Shown here piece after piece: positions 12,931-24,944 of a DNA stretch of 64,000 nucleotides. The stretch lies in NCBI GenBank assembly GCA_963833425.1, contig CAWHXP010000007.1, positions 192,001-256,000 on the forward strand, given 5' to 3'. The stretch comes from an uncultured Methanosarcinaceae archaeon. GTDB lineage: Archaea > Halobacteriota > Methanosarcinia > Methanosarcinales > Methanosarcinaceae. Both the position numbers and the translations under genes were made by a program. The stretch's first letter is position 1; each line of letters begins with the position of its first letter. Under the pieces are notes generated by a model. The model had not been told where the DNA came from. It was given only the letters and a program-made list of their open reading frames with translations, and made no database searches.

Positions 12931-13552
12931 GAAATTAAGGGATTCAGAGTTTATCCCGATGATCAATAATTAAACTATTTGATACGAGTGTAAAGACATA
13001 ATTGAAGAATTATACGATATTCAAGTAAGATTAATCCTGAATTACTTAATGAAATTTGATAGAGAAAGAAATGCAACTCTTCGCTCTCAGTTTAATAAAT
13101 ACATAAACTCAAAAATATACTCAAAAGAATCACAAAATAGTTTAGAGGATCCTTGTTATAATCCCTTCTTCAGAACTCCACTATATAAATCTTAGAGACG
13201 ATTACAGAAAAAAACTAAGATGTATTGATGAATTTTTTACTTGCGAACTATTGAGTAAATATTGTAAACCAATAAGCATAATCATTCTGAAGTAAAGCAA
13301 ATAGAAACTATGTATGGATTTATAGAAATCCCTATATTTTAGTGTTTACCGAAATTCTCTATAATAAAATTGATCGAACATTTATATCACAAAGCTATTA
13401 TTAATGCTTAATTTCGATTATAAATCCTTTTTAGGGTTTTATCACCATTATAAGTTTCCTAAGTCTTGTTTCATTTAGATCTTTTTCAGTTCAGTGGTTT
13501 TTACGAGCATTTAAGAACTTCATATACTTGCAAGAGTCCCCATCAAGAGTAA

Positions 13553-14020
13553 TTATCCTGCCGCATATACATTTTGATTCTCAATTGTGAGTTCCACAAC
13601 ACTGGGACTTGACATCCTGGGTTCAGTAGGAGATCCAGGGCAAATAAGAATTGACTCATTTTTTTCAATCAAAGGCCGGTGCAGATGCCCGAATATCAGG
13701 ATATCTACATCCATTTCTTTTGCGAGATAATTCTGTGCAGTTGTATCAATCAGCGAAAGTCCTCCTTCATGCACCAATCCGATTTTCAACCCTTCAACTT
13801 CAAATATAAGCCTCTTGGGAAGAAGCCTTTTTAGCTCGGGAACATCATCATTTCCGAAAACAGCTTTTAGTTTGCTGTAGGCTTTAAAGGACTGATAAGC
13901 TTCCATAGTACTGAAATCTCCTGCATGGACAATTAGGTCACACTCATCAAGAAATTTTTGAAGCTGCAGAGGGATATCTCCTGTTTTCAGATGAGTATCA
14001 GAAAGTGCAATAAGATTCAT
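13553..14020 (-). CDS. YfcE/MJ0936-type metallophosphoesterase (C-terminus probably frameshifted)
   Basis: Motifs SDTH, HAGD, GNDD, FGHLH and PGSP. Confidence 0.9.
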   Translation of the reverse strand: MNLIALSDTHLKTGDIPLQLQKFLDECDLIVHAGDFSTMEAYQSFKAYSKLKAVFGNDDVPELKRLLPKRLIFEVEGLKIGLVHEGGLSLIDTTAQNYLAKEMDVDILIFGHLHRPLIEKNESILICPGSPTEPRMSSPSVVELTIENQNVYAAG

Positions 14021-14260
14021 AGAAAATCTCCAGATTTTGAAATAAAACGGCCTTGAATATTAAAATATGAAATAAATTAAGGAAATATGAAATATACAGC
14101 AAATGTAACTGTTCTGTATGAATATCAGAAGATTTCAATAAACATTTGATTTTCACGAATCATTATATACAAATTATAGGCATGTGACAAAATGTAAGTA
14201 TTAATGCAAATACTAAATCTTTAATGCTCCAACACTGAGAATTTGGAATATATTACTCGA

Positions 14261-14351
14261 GAGGATTTCGATAGACACAAAAATTTCGTCATGTTCTTAT
14301 AAATAGTATATAACTATAATTCGTGAAAATCAGAGATTTATCGAGATGCTC
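14261..14351. mobile_element. ~90-bp MITE with IS5-type terminal inverted repeats
   Basis: Ends are gaggatttcgata ... tatcgagatgctc. The internal sequence is shared with other copies in the window. Confidence 0.7.
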
Positions 14352-14375
14352 TCTAAATTAAAAATCCAAAGTAAA

Positions 14376-15168
14376 TTACTCAACTGTCAGATCTACGAGT
14401 TCATATTCAATATTCTCAGTTTCTAATCTACTAAGAAGCAAAGAAACCTGCTCGTCCACCGAAACTACAAGAGACGAAAGCCCGTGGTATGCAGCTTCGA
14501 TAACTGACTCATTGGTTCCAAACATAACATTTGGGTTTATCCCAACCTTACGCAGAGCGATAAGCGCTTCCACACCAATAGCTGCTATATAGGGTTTTGA
14601 GTTTGCCAGCATTTTCAGGCGTTCAAGCTGCACTTTTCTTGACCCCCCACGCCCAACTCTGGGAACTTTGCATATCGTAATAGTCGCATTTTCCATGTCA
14701 ATGAGACCTTGGAGACTGGATACCCCTACATCTTCTCCTACCGATGCATCGGAGATTACATTGCCTGAAGCACCTGTATTTCCCGTCCTACTTACATATA
14801 GAAGTCCATTTTTCCATTTTCAGGTAAACCTGCTGGCCTTCTTTTACTTCTTCGGTTGTAATAGCTGTCCAGGTAGAAACATGGCTTATTATATCCTCCA
14901 TTACAAAAAGAGCATACCTTTTCATTTCTATAGCATTTTCAAGGACCCATTCAACACCCTCTTTTGTTATTCTGTATCTAACACGTCCCTCAGTGATTAT
15001 CAGTCCATCATTTACAAGTTCTTTAATATATTCTGAAACCGCTTGAGGAGTTATTCCAATTTTTGTGGCAATTTCTTTTTGTTTTACATTGGGCTGATGT
15101 GCTGCAATTTCAATAAGGACCTGAAATTTGGTTACTCCGCTTTTAGTCTGGAGAATTTTTATCATCAA
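14376..15168 (-). CDS. Winged-helix (MarR-like, COG1497-type) transcriptional regulator with one frameshift
   Basis: HTH KQKEIATKIGITPQAVSEY. Removing one A from an A run near 14810 joins the two ORFs in frame (MENGLLYVS...). Confidence 0.8.
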
Positions 15169-15686
15169 TCGTAATTCTCCTCAACATCTTCAATTAATTT
15201 TAATCTCTGACCCATTACAGAAAGTTTTTCAGATCTACGAGCAACAGCACATATATAGAAAGGGTTTTTATTAAGGGTCCTCGTTAGGTTGCTCATGGAA
15301 GTATTGCCCTCATCAACAAGCCTTTCCAGTTCTTCCATAGCATCTTTGACTTCTTCATATGGTTTGAAGGTCAACATTATGATATCGCTTAGATCTTCAA
15401 AAGAACACTGAAAGTTGACCTGAACCTTGGAATAAGAACTGTGATATTCTTTTGAGGGTTTTTGTCCTGCCTCTGGAACTCTCCACTGACTCTCAAGAAG
15501 TCCGGCTTTTTTCAGTATATGAAGGCTTTTTGATGAGTCTGCACCCATGAATTCGTCTATTTCTGCCCTGGTCATCCATTTATTTGAAAGTGTATCGAAT
15601 ATTTTTTTGTGAGTTCTTGACCCAAAAGTCCTGAGTAATGGTACTAAATAGGAAGGATCGTTAACTATTCGAGTTCGTTTACCCAT
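15165..15686 (-). CDS. ArsR-like HTH protein, conserved in methanogens
   Basis: LHILKKAGLLESQWRVP..KPSKEYH; overlaps the downstream gene by 4 bp. Confidence 0.8.
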   Translation of the reverse strand: MGKRTRIVNDPSYLVPLLRTFGSRTHKKIFDTLSNKWMTRAEIDEFMGADSSKSLHILKKAGLLESQWRVPEAGQKPSKEYHSSYSKVQVNFQCSFEDLSDIIMLTFKPYEEVKDAMEELERLVDEGNTSMSNLTRTLNKNPFYICAVARRSEKLSVMGQRLKLIEDVEENYD

Positions 15687-15748
15687 TTATCCCTCTCCTT
15701 CTCGTCTTATATATAAGTTTTCAAATATGATAAAGATTTGTGGTGTGA

Positions 15749-16786
15749 TTATTCGCTATATACTATATTAAGCCCTTCGGACCCTTCCCAGTTAAAAACA
15801 GGGGCTTTGCGCTTAAGTTCATGACATTTTTCATCCAAGGCGTGGGCAACTATTGGAAGAGCAATTGTAGCATCTACAAAAATCTGCACTTTTTTTGCTC
15901 GGACTGCAATTTTTCCCCAGGAAACAGCTTCATCAAAAGTACAGCCTGAAAGCCCTCCCCAGTGTGGAGAATCGGAAGTATACTGAATTGCATAATCGTG
16001 CCCACTGGTATTTATTCCTAGAATGGAAGCTATCACTTCAGTTTGCTGAATAAAATTTTTTGGAACTCCGCCTCCAACATAGATGACTCCGGTTTTTCCT
16101 GATTTTTCTACAATTTGTGTAATCTCGTCAACGTCTTTGATCTGGTCTACCTCAAGTTTTGATCCTCTTCTTCTTGCAATAGTAAGCCCTATGCCAATTG
16201 AACTATCTGAGAGTGCCGGAACAAAGATCGGAACTTTATGCCTATATGCACTTACAACTATAGAATCCTCTGCTGCTCCAAAGCCTACAAGTTTCTTCCC
16301 TAGCAGATACACGAACTCCCTTGATGAGCAGGAAATTTCTCCGATTTCTTCTGCAAAATTCGCAATCAGGTCATCTGCCGCTCTGAACTCCTCTTCCACC
16401 GCAAAGACATCATATATTCTATCCACACCACAATCGAAGAGTTTTTCATCATCAGCTAGATGTGAACCCATATAATGCTTTTTGCCTAGAGCTTCATGCG
16501 AATCATGGAATAGATTTGCTCCTGTGCTTACTAGGCAATCTATCAGTCTCTTTTCAATCATATAGGAAATGACCTTGCGCATACCAGCGGGAACCATCGC
16601 TCCGGATAGGCCCATAAACACTGTAATATTATTTTCGTTGAGCATGTTGTGCCATATCTGTACGGATTCTGCCAATTTCCTTCCCTGAAAGCCAGTTTTG
16701 AGCATCCCATCCAACAATTCGCTTATTGATCTTTTCTTTACATCTACAGGTACTGTGGGATTTTCTGTGAATACACCATGATGCAT
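15749..16786 (-). CDS. dys: Deoxyhypusine synthase family protein
   Basis: GLSGAMVPAG, STGANLFHD, DSSIG, GGGVPKN and GGLSGCTFDEAVSWGK. Confidence 0.93.
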   Translation of the reverse strand: MHHGVFTENPTVPVDVKKRSISELLDGMLKTGFQGRKLAESVQIWHNMLNENNITVFMGLSGAMVPAGMRKVISYMIEKRLIDCLVSTGANLFHDSHEALGKKHYMGSHLADDEKLFDCGVDRIYDVFAVEEEFRAADDLIANFAEEIGEISCSSREFVYLLGKKLVGFGAAEDSIVVSAYRHKVPIFVPALSDSSIGIGLTIARRRGSKLEVDQIKDVDEITQIVEKSGKTGVIYVGGGVPKNFIQQTEVIASILGINTSGHDYAIQYTSDSPHWGGLSGCTFDEAVSWGKIAVRAKKVQIFVDATIALPIVAHALDEKCHELKRKAPVFNWEGSEGLNIVYSE

Positions 16787-17859
16787 GCAATTTCTCCATA
16801 ATAAACAGATAGTTATGGTGGCCTGTGACTCCTAAAGCCTGCAGACATTCCGCCAACAGACGGTAAGAAACACAAAAACATTATTTGATATATAAATTTT
16901 ATTAAATATCAATATATGTGGACTCTCTAACAGGATGATATACATAAGGATGAACAATTTTCTAGGGAATTTATTTGACAAGTTCGATAAATTTGGTCGG
17001 AAGTATAATAATTTCAAAGGATGATGATCATTTTAGTAGTCTTATTGATGACTAAAGTAATCTCGGAAATGAATGCGAACATACATATAATATTCAGATT
17101 ATGAAAACTACTATGTACTTAATAGTCTTCCCAATCTCCTCACGGTCTTGCCAAGATAGTTGCTGATTGCTGAAGGGCTTCATAGGTACATAGTTAATCC
17201 ACTTGCTGTACATGCTTCTATCAAGTTTCCTGCAAGTTCCCAGATATCTTATGCTTTTTCTAATACTGATATTCTCAGAAATGATCGTCGTTTTTATTGT
17301 ATTAAGGATTTAGCTAAACCTCTAAATTTAAAATATGCTTGCAAATGATATCTAGATGACTCCAGAAAAGCAGAGGTTTATAAAAATTATTTATTTATAT
17401 CAGTATGTACCACACAGCAGTGATAAGTGCATTTCCAATGAATTGAAAGATATTCCAGAAATGTGCAAATCACGATATATCAGAAATTTAATTGCTTTAA
17501 ATCCTCCCCCTCTGGACACAATTTTGCATTTATGCTAGGATAGAGCTCCAGTCAAAAAATTTAATTTTTAAATACGTGCATCTCGGAATCAAATTTCAAA
17601 CGATTCAAGATATTTCGATTTATACCAACTCCACTATACTAGATACCTTCCTGCAAACTAGTTCTGATATAACTTTGAATCCTCATGAGATCACAAAAAT
17701 AAGCTTAATCCACATGGCAATTATTACTTTTAAACATTGTCCTTGAATTTTGCCATAAAGAAACTCAATTTTCAATTATTCAAGTATCACCAGTATAATA
17801 GGCTTATATTTTTGATATTATTTTCTGATTTTGTTTCTCTACGAAGCTTATAGATTAGA

Positions 17860-17947
17860 GAGGATTTCAATAAACTTCTGATTTCATCAAAATATTTACT
17901 ATGCCATTATGAGCATAGGAAGAAATTTAGGCACATTCGAAATCCTC
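17860..17947. mobile_element. ~90-bp MITE copy
   Basis: Inverted ends gaggatttc ... gaaatcctc. Confidence 0.7.
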
Positions 17948-18281
17948 TAAAATTTCACGATATATTTTTCCCATTAAGATTAAAGAATCAAACAAAATAT
18001 AATTACTATAAATTTACTAGTAACATTTTAAATTTATTAAATAGTAGACAATTTCGAACTTTTTCATAAGATTTATATTTCTAGAAGAATTATACAGTTT
18101 TATTACATCCTTTAATTTTCTTGCTAACTTATCTTCCAGGACATTAAATGTTCCTGCATTGTTCCAAATTTTCGGAAAAAATAAAGTTGAGTGTGTTTAA
18201 ATTACTTGGGTGGTAGATAATTTTTTACTGCCCCAAGCCTGATAAATCAACTACGAACAATTAACCTTGATGTCGGTATAG

Positions 18282-18923
18282 ATGGAAAAAAAGCTCAACC
18301 TTAAACTTCTGGAACTACTTGAGGGCAGACAGCTTTCAATTAGTGGGCTAACTAGAGAACTGAAAGTCGACGGCATAGATGAACATCGTCTAGTCCTAAC
18401 AGGCTACCTCAGGGCACTCAGGGATCTTAAAATTCTGGAGGAAATTAAAGTTCCGCCCTCCAAAATTTATTATTTACCTGAAAAAAACAATGAATCTTTA
18501 TCCCAAAAAGGTAAGGATATGAGGACTTCGGATTCTGAAGATGTTTATTCTATATTCAGAACTCAGCTCCTCAAAATTGACCTGGAACTCAGGATCCCAG
18601 TCGGAGTTTACGTAGTTTCCAGATTATTTGAAAGGCCATGCTTCCGTAAGGAGTTAAAACTTATAGGAATCACTCAAAAACATCTTGATCAGTACCTGGA
18701 AAAGCCCAGCTTAGTCTGTGCGGTTCCAGATGCTCGTCTCCGAAAGGCAAGAGCAGATATCACAAAAATTGAGATTCCCACAGGTAACCCAGCATACGAA
18801 ATCAGGGAGTACGGGGAGGAGGTAACAAGACTTGCAAATGAAGTATTTGTAGGGCTGATAAAACATATTATTAACTTTGAGGGTCTGCTAGCAAAGAGTA
18901 AACAAACCACATTGACTCCTTAA
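18282..18923 (+). CDS. Hypothetical protein with N-terminal winged-helix-like domain
   Basis: 213-aa ORF; LSISGLTREL..HRLVLTGYLRAL..PPSKIY is wHTH-like. Confidence 0.7.
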   Translation: MEKKLNLKLLELLEGRQLSISGLTRELKVDGIDEHRLVLTGYLRALRDLKILEEIKVPPSKIYYLPEKNNESLSQKGKDMRTSDSEDVYSIFRTQLLKIDLELRIPVGVYVVSRLFERPCFRKELKLIGITQKHLDQYLEKPSLVCAVPDARLRKARADITKIEIPTGNPAYEIREYGEEVTRLANEVFVGLIKHIINFEGLLAKSKQTTLTP

Positions 18924-19142
18924 AAAATATTTATGTGATTATATTCTGAAAGTTGATGCTGATCAGACTCAAAAATGAAACTGAAAGTTAAAATATAGGA
19001 TTGTATGTACCCAGAGGGAAGTACATAGATACAAAAATAGAAAATAGGCTATACAGAACTCCTTAATTCAATGCAAATAATTTATGCTATCTTTTTATTT
19101 AAATTATAGATTATCATTTTAAGTTTTACTTCTTTTACTTAA

Positions 19143-19405
19143 TTATGGAACTTTCTCGTCAACTTCAGCGACATCATTCAACCACTGGAGACACTTCAGA
19201 GCCCTATCAGCATTATATTGTTCGATATGCTTATGGAACTGAAAATACTCTCAAGATGTTGAATTTTTCCTTTCTTCATCCAATCGTTAAGGTTTGATAT
19301 GTTATTCCGGAGGATGCTGCTACAAGAGAGTGTGGAAGTCCCAATGAAACATTATTACCAATTAGCTGGGTGTATCAGGAGTTAATTTAGAAGGTCTCGC
19401 TATTA
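19143..19405 (-). pseudogene. Degraded HTH protein resembling virus-derived (terminase small subunit-like) genes
   Basis: Frame-stitched reading: ARPSKLTP..QLIGNNVSLGLP..AASSGITYQTLNDWMKKGK..EYFQF. Confidence 0.5.
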
Positions 19406-19846
19406 TAAGAACACGTTTCATTTCTTTCTAACACACCTTGCATAACATTAAAACAGTACAGTTTACTATTCCATCGCATTTACATTTCACTAGTTGATAC
19501 CATAATTATCTGAATATTTTTTTATAGTATTCCATATAAAAATCTCTTCTGTATTTCATTTTATCGAATAATAGTTTAAATCACGTGTTTAAAGTTTTAT
19601 ATTGCATAGGCAGTTAAAGGGGCATTTCTATAAACTCTTATTTTTATAAATTAGTTATATATGATTTACAGCACCGGGCGAAATTTAGGTAGATCAGAAT
19701 CCTTTAAAATATAAATCAGTTAGTTAATAAAATTTTCTGAGGAAGTTTCCACCCCCGTTGCTAGCGGCCGAGTACTGACTTGAATAACCCATAATTGTTT
19801 CACTTTTAAACATCTATAAATCAGGGCAGAAATATAAAGTTAAAAT

Positions 19847-20182
19847 ATGCCCAGAGAATTTACAACAAAAGATATTGAGATTTTTAACAAGCTTGCCCCA
19901 GAAGCCGGGAATAAACTCATTTCCAAAGAAGCAGGACATCAATTCCCTTTCATCCTGCGCCCAATTTCGCACAAATTTGCCAAGTCTCCTGAAGATTTCA
20001 GAGAAAGGTTGATGAGACTTAGCCCTGAAGAACTCGATTATTTAGTAGGACTTGTACTAGAAGGAAAGGAGGACGTCCGATCGATGATGGATGAAGACCT
20101 TGAAGAGTTGGTTGCAGTAATTTTTGAAAAACTATCTTCTGAAAGAGCAAACCAGTTAAAAGACTTTGTAGAAACTCACTGA
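19847..20182 (+). CDS. Conserved hypothetical protein
   Basis: 111-aa ORF 13 bp upstream of the endonuclease IV gene. Confidence 0.75.
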   Translation: MPREFTTKDIEIFNKLAPEAGNKLISKEAGHQFPFILRPISHKFAKSPEDFRERLMRLSPEELDYLVGLVLEGKEDVRSMMDEDLEELVAVIFEKLSSERANQLKDFVETH

Positions 20183-20195
20183 AAAGGATAATAGA

Positions 20196-21027
20196 ATGAC
20201 CTCGAAAAAACTGCTTTTCGGAACTGCTGGAGTTCCGGAAAGTACAAAAGGAAAAAATAGTGTATCAGGAATCGAAAGAGTCCATGAACTAGGCCTTGAC
20301 TGCATGGAACTGGAGTTCGTCCAGGGAGTTCGCATGAGTGAAAAAGGAGCAAGAAATGTAATGGAAGCAGGAAATAAACAAAATATAGGCCTTAGTGCCC
20401 ATGCACCTTATTATATCAATCTGAATTCTCCTGAAGAAGAAAAGCTCAAGGCAAGTATGGAGAGGATTTACCAGGCCGCCAGGATAGGTAGCCTCTGCGG
20501 GGCTGAGTCCATTGTTTTACATGCAGCTTTTTATCAGAAAAACAGCAAGCAAGGCACCTACAATATGGTATCAAAAGCTCTGCAAAAACTTACAGAAAAA
20601 CTCCTTAATGAAGAAATTTTTGCAGTCCTGCGCCCTGAAACCATGGGCAAACGTACTCAATTTGGAACTCTTGAGGAGGTGCTTTCCCTGAGTTCAGAAA
20701 TTGAAGGGGTAATGCCCTGCATAGACTTTTCTCATATGCATGCAAGGGAAGGAAAAGCAAAATTCCTACTATGAGTTTATCACAATACTATCGAAAGTAG
20801 AAGAAATCCTTGGAAAAGAAGGACTTTTAAACATGCATATGCACATTTCGGGGATAGAATACGACAGTAATGGGGAAAAGAAACATCTGACTTTGAAAGA
20901 ATCTGACTTTAATTACTCAGAACTTTTAGCGGCTCTTAAAGAATTCAAAATTACAGGAATGGCAATATGTGAAAGTCCAAATCTAGAAGAAGATGGGCTT
21001 CTGCTAAGAAATATTTACTACAAGTAA
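20196..21027 (+). CDS. nfo: Endonuclease IV / AP endonuclease family 2 TIM-barrel, one frameshift at ~20757
   Basis: FGTAGVP, HAPYYINL, RPETMGK, CIDFSHMHAR, HMHISGIEY, EKKH and ICESP. Confidence 0.88.
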
Positions 21028-21180
21028 CATTTCTTAAATCTTTTTTTGAATTTTCGGCGATTCCAGAAGATATTAAAAAGTCTCTAAAAATAATACAACT
21101 ATGAAAATGTGATTTGAGATTATATAACTAGAGATTTATTTGAAAATATGTTGAATTATTAGTTATCAGACACTAAAAAT

Positions 21181-22042
21181 GGTTCTGTTGCATAAAATCA
21201 TAATATAAGCAAAAATTTAGTTTCACAGCAAAGAACATAAAAAAGCAGAATATTTCTCGGATAACATCTAGATTTAGGCAGCTGTTCCGAATAACTTGTC
21301 TATAAAATTGACTTCAGCAAAAACAAATAAATTTAAATTGTCAACCTGTCCTTTTCTTATCATGTGCATGATTTCAATCCTTTTAAAGTCTTACTGGCCG
21401 TATAAAAAGACTGAAAACCTAACAATGGACTAACTATCTATTATATAGACCTATGATCCTGTTCAACAATATTATTCAAATACTTGATTTGTCGAAGGCT
21501 TAAATTTTCAGGTAACATTTTTTCATCTTTCAGTTCATATATAGCAGGTGGATAAGCTAGATTTTTATCAACAGTCATTACCTTTGGAATTTGATTATGA
21601 TTAGAACTCAAAGCTTTCTTAAAGAAACTTTTTGCAGCCGTTCTATCACGTTTTGCACTTAGCATAAAATCAACTGTATTTCCAGTTGAATCAACTGCAC
21701 GATACAGATATTTCCATTCACCTTTTACCTTTATGTAGCTTTCGTCCACTCTCCAAGAGTCATTGGTCGGTTTTAAATATTTACGTATCTTTTTTTCAAT
21801 CTCAGGAGAATACTGATGCATCCTTCTCATTATAGTAGTGTGATCAACTTTTATTCCTCTTTCTGCCATCATTTCCTTCAAATTTCTATAACTAACTGGA
21901 TATTTTAGATACCAACTTACGTTTAATAGGATAATTTCTCCTTCGTAATGTTTCCACTTAAAGGCACTAGATAGCAGATTATCATTCTCTTGATTTCTTC
22001 CTTATTTATTGCACATTTCTGATGAATCTTTGCAACAGAACA
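21181..22042 (-). mobile_element. IS6-family element with a pseudogenised transposase (~21274-21985)
   Basis: TIRs ggttctgttgca / tgcaacagaac. Protein motifs FKWKHYEGEII, WRVDESYIKVKGEWKYLYRAVD and NNIVEQDHR. There is a premature stop at 21441. Confidence 0.93.
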
Positions 22043-22539
22043 ATTTTTGCCATTTTCCTCACCAGGGTAGACCGTTACAAACGCCATTATCTAATAATGA
22101 CACTACTGTTTTCTACGGAACTTGGGGGTATTCGCCGTTAATAAAATCATGGAATATAGGAGCTGTTAGCTACCCATTTTCTACAAGTTAATCGAGAAAT
22201 TCTAGTAGACCATTATAGTTTACTTTTTTATGTAAATACCACAATATAGAAGAGATTTGGTTTTGTATTAGCTTCCTCATGAAATTTCCTCAAATCTTAG
22301 ACTTGATTATACAAATCTACTTCACAAATAAATGCAGAAATTATCCTCAATGCCATATCAGCAGAGTATTATATAATATTCTGCAAAGGTTTTTGGCACA
22401 AAATCTGTGCATCTTACATCACTAGGAATTATGCACTTGGTGCACAAAATCAAATACAATAAGCTGTGAGTCTAACTCATTTTTAAGGAACTATCAATTT
22501 AATGCAGTTGATTTTTCAGTTCAACTGCTTAAGCCCTAA

Positions 22540-24775
22540 TTAATTGATGATTGTTTTTTTCTTTTACTGTGAACTTCATAGCGAATTCAGTCCCATTGTT
22601 CCTTTTAAGTTAAGTTCACCATCTTACTGATTTATAAGGGAAGTTATCAGCTGGAATCCCAGACTTTCATTACCATCAATCTCAATTTTTTTGAGGTATA
22701 CCTACTCCATCATCTAAAATTGTCAGAATAAAACTAGTGCATTATAATTTTCAATTTTATTTTCTTCTTTGCGATTTGTACACTCACCCATTTTTTGACG
22801 GCATAATTTGATTTTAATTTCTCCTTTATCTATGCCTAGAAATGCATACTTAAGGGAGTTCAAAACTACTTCATTAACAATCATTCCTAAAGGGATTGCA
22901 GTATCCATATCAAAGAGAAGGTTATCTTCCATATCCATGTTTAAGCTTATAGTGGTATTTACCAGCTCATAAGTCTGGAAAAAATTTTGAGTCGGCTTCT
23001 CTAGGTATGGTGAAAAATCTAGACCTTCGAGCTATCCACCTTTGTATAATTCTTCATGGATAAAGGGTTATAGATATTATTCGATCTGACTTTCCCTAAA
23101 AGCACCTATAACTTCTGAACTCGTCAATTCAATTTTGCTCCTGAATTTATCAGCTTGAAGTTCCAGAAGTGAAGATATTACCTGTAAGTTATTCTTAATC
23201 TGTGAGGAATTTCCTTTTTACGAGCAATCAGATATTTGCAAGTAATTCTTCTATCTTTTTGCGCTCACTAGAATATTGGATAGAACGTTTCAATAATCTA
23301 CCATCTATTTGTCCATTGACTAAATAGTCCTGAGCACTTTTCTTTATAGCATCAATCCCAATTTTTTCATTATTTGACGCAGTAAATATTATAATCGAAA
23401 TTCGTGAATTCCTTGCATAAACATCAAGAAAAGTGTCAATGCCATCACTATCTGGCAAACCTAAGAGGATTTCGGTAAACTTCGGATTTTATTTCTTAGC
23501 AGGAATTTCTCATATCTTCCCCTCAATTTCTCTATTTAATTCCTCTTTTTGGCTTTACTTATTCTCAATTCTTTGATTTTAAAGATAGCTTCAGCTATCT
23601 TCAATATACTTTTTTTATTTTCAATGTCCTCAATTGATGGAGATTATAACAAAAAGCCGTACACAACATTTTTAGATTTACTATTTTAACAGTAGTAACA
23701 AAAACTCTTCCTGCTTTGAAAATTTCTTTTGTTACTGAATATACTCTTTCTCCTGGACTCTTTTTGAGCTAATTCTCTTATTTCTTAATATATCCTTTAT
23801 TCCCAGCGTATGTCCTTTTACTGCTCTTTTCATTGTTGCATTATACCCTTTCGTTTTTGCTCCAAAGTATCCTCTGTCCCTATAAACCACTTCATTTTCC
23901 TCTGTCAAATCTACATACGAATCATGTACTTACGCAGTTGTTGTTTTGAATCTTCTGATCAGCTCATAATCTCTGTCTATTATATTATGAAGCTTATATC
24001 CAAAGTGAGACTTACCTCCCTTCTTTGTCCATGTTCAGTCTCTGCTTCTTCTTGTTTTTGCCTCATCTCTCTCCTTTTGCATGTCCTGGATCTGAATGGA
24101 TAAAAGTAGCATCCTGAATCATTCCCTGCTTTATCTGTAAACCCAGAGTATCAAGTTGGCTTTGCAACTTTCCCCATATTTTCTTTGAAATTCTCGATAA
24201 TTCTCTCCCTAAATAGCCATACAGTAGTACTGTCAGATATGTATTCCGGAAATCCAAGGAATTTCCTAAAAGAAATTCGATCTATACAATGTTTCTCAAG
24301 TTCAAAATCAGAGAGCCCATGCCATTGTTGTAAAACAAGCATTTTAAATATCACAATGACATCAGTTTCAGGTCTCCCTCCTGAAACGGTTTTGTTAATA
24401 TACATAAGCTCAAGAATAATACGAAAAGTTTTCCAATCAATTAAGGAATCAATTTCAGCAAGCTTATCTCCAACAAATTCAAGATGTTTATACTCTTCTT
24501 TAAGAGCAAAATCAGTCAGACTTTTCATGAATATACATAAATATTTACAAATTCAAAGCCAACCTCGCTCAAGAGCAGGAAGTTATTCGAAATTATCCTA
24601 AGTTTGTCAATATTAAGTCAAATTGACATTCTTTAAGAAGAGTCAAACCTTAGTTAAGTGTTTTAACGTTTATAAGTTCATATGAGAAGTCGGCGAATTC
24701 TTCTAGCATCTCTTCGATCAGACTCGCATATCAAGAATTGTACTCAAAGAGCAAGATTTCAACCTTTTCATCCAT
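22540..24775 (-). pseudogene. Receiver + HisKA_2/HATPase hybrid kinase pseudogene, interrupted by IS5
   Basis: Receiver pieces MDEKVEILL.. (24775) and LGLPDSDG..AQDYLV. Kinase motifs HRxKNNLQVISSLL, AIPLGMIVNE..NSLKYAF and GTEF. It contains frameshifts. Confidence 0.85.
23465..24597 (-). mobile_element. IS5-family element, transposase pseudogene starting at 24528
   Basis: ORF fragments GGRP..FKMLVLQQWHGLSD..DRISFRKFLG, IQDATFI and DRGYFG. Imperfect TIRs gaggatttcggtaaacttc / gaagttattcgaaattatc, with CTAA directly repeated on both flanks. Confidence 0.9.
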
Positions 24776-24944
24776 AATTTAATCACATCTTATCGGAGTC
24801 ACATTAATTTAATTTGATAGTAACTTCACAAATTCAAGCTAGAAAAATTATGTACTCATTTTGTAACTTAGTTTACTCATTTTGTAACTTCGTTAATGAT
24901 AAACCCTGATATAAATTTGAATTATATTTATTATGTATTTACTT

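Noticed and set aside
17030..17760. Possible decayed gene on the minus strand
   Set aside because: It looks like eroded coding DNA, but no family motif could be recognised with confidence.
19740..19790. Short GC-rich patch as a tRNA or ncRNA
   Set aside because: It is too short and lacks a cloverleaf or T-loop signature.
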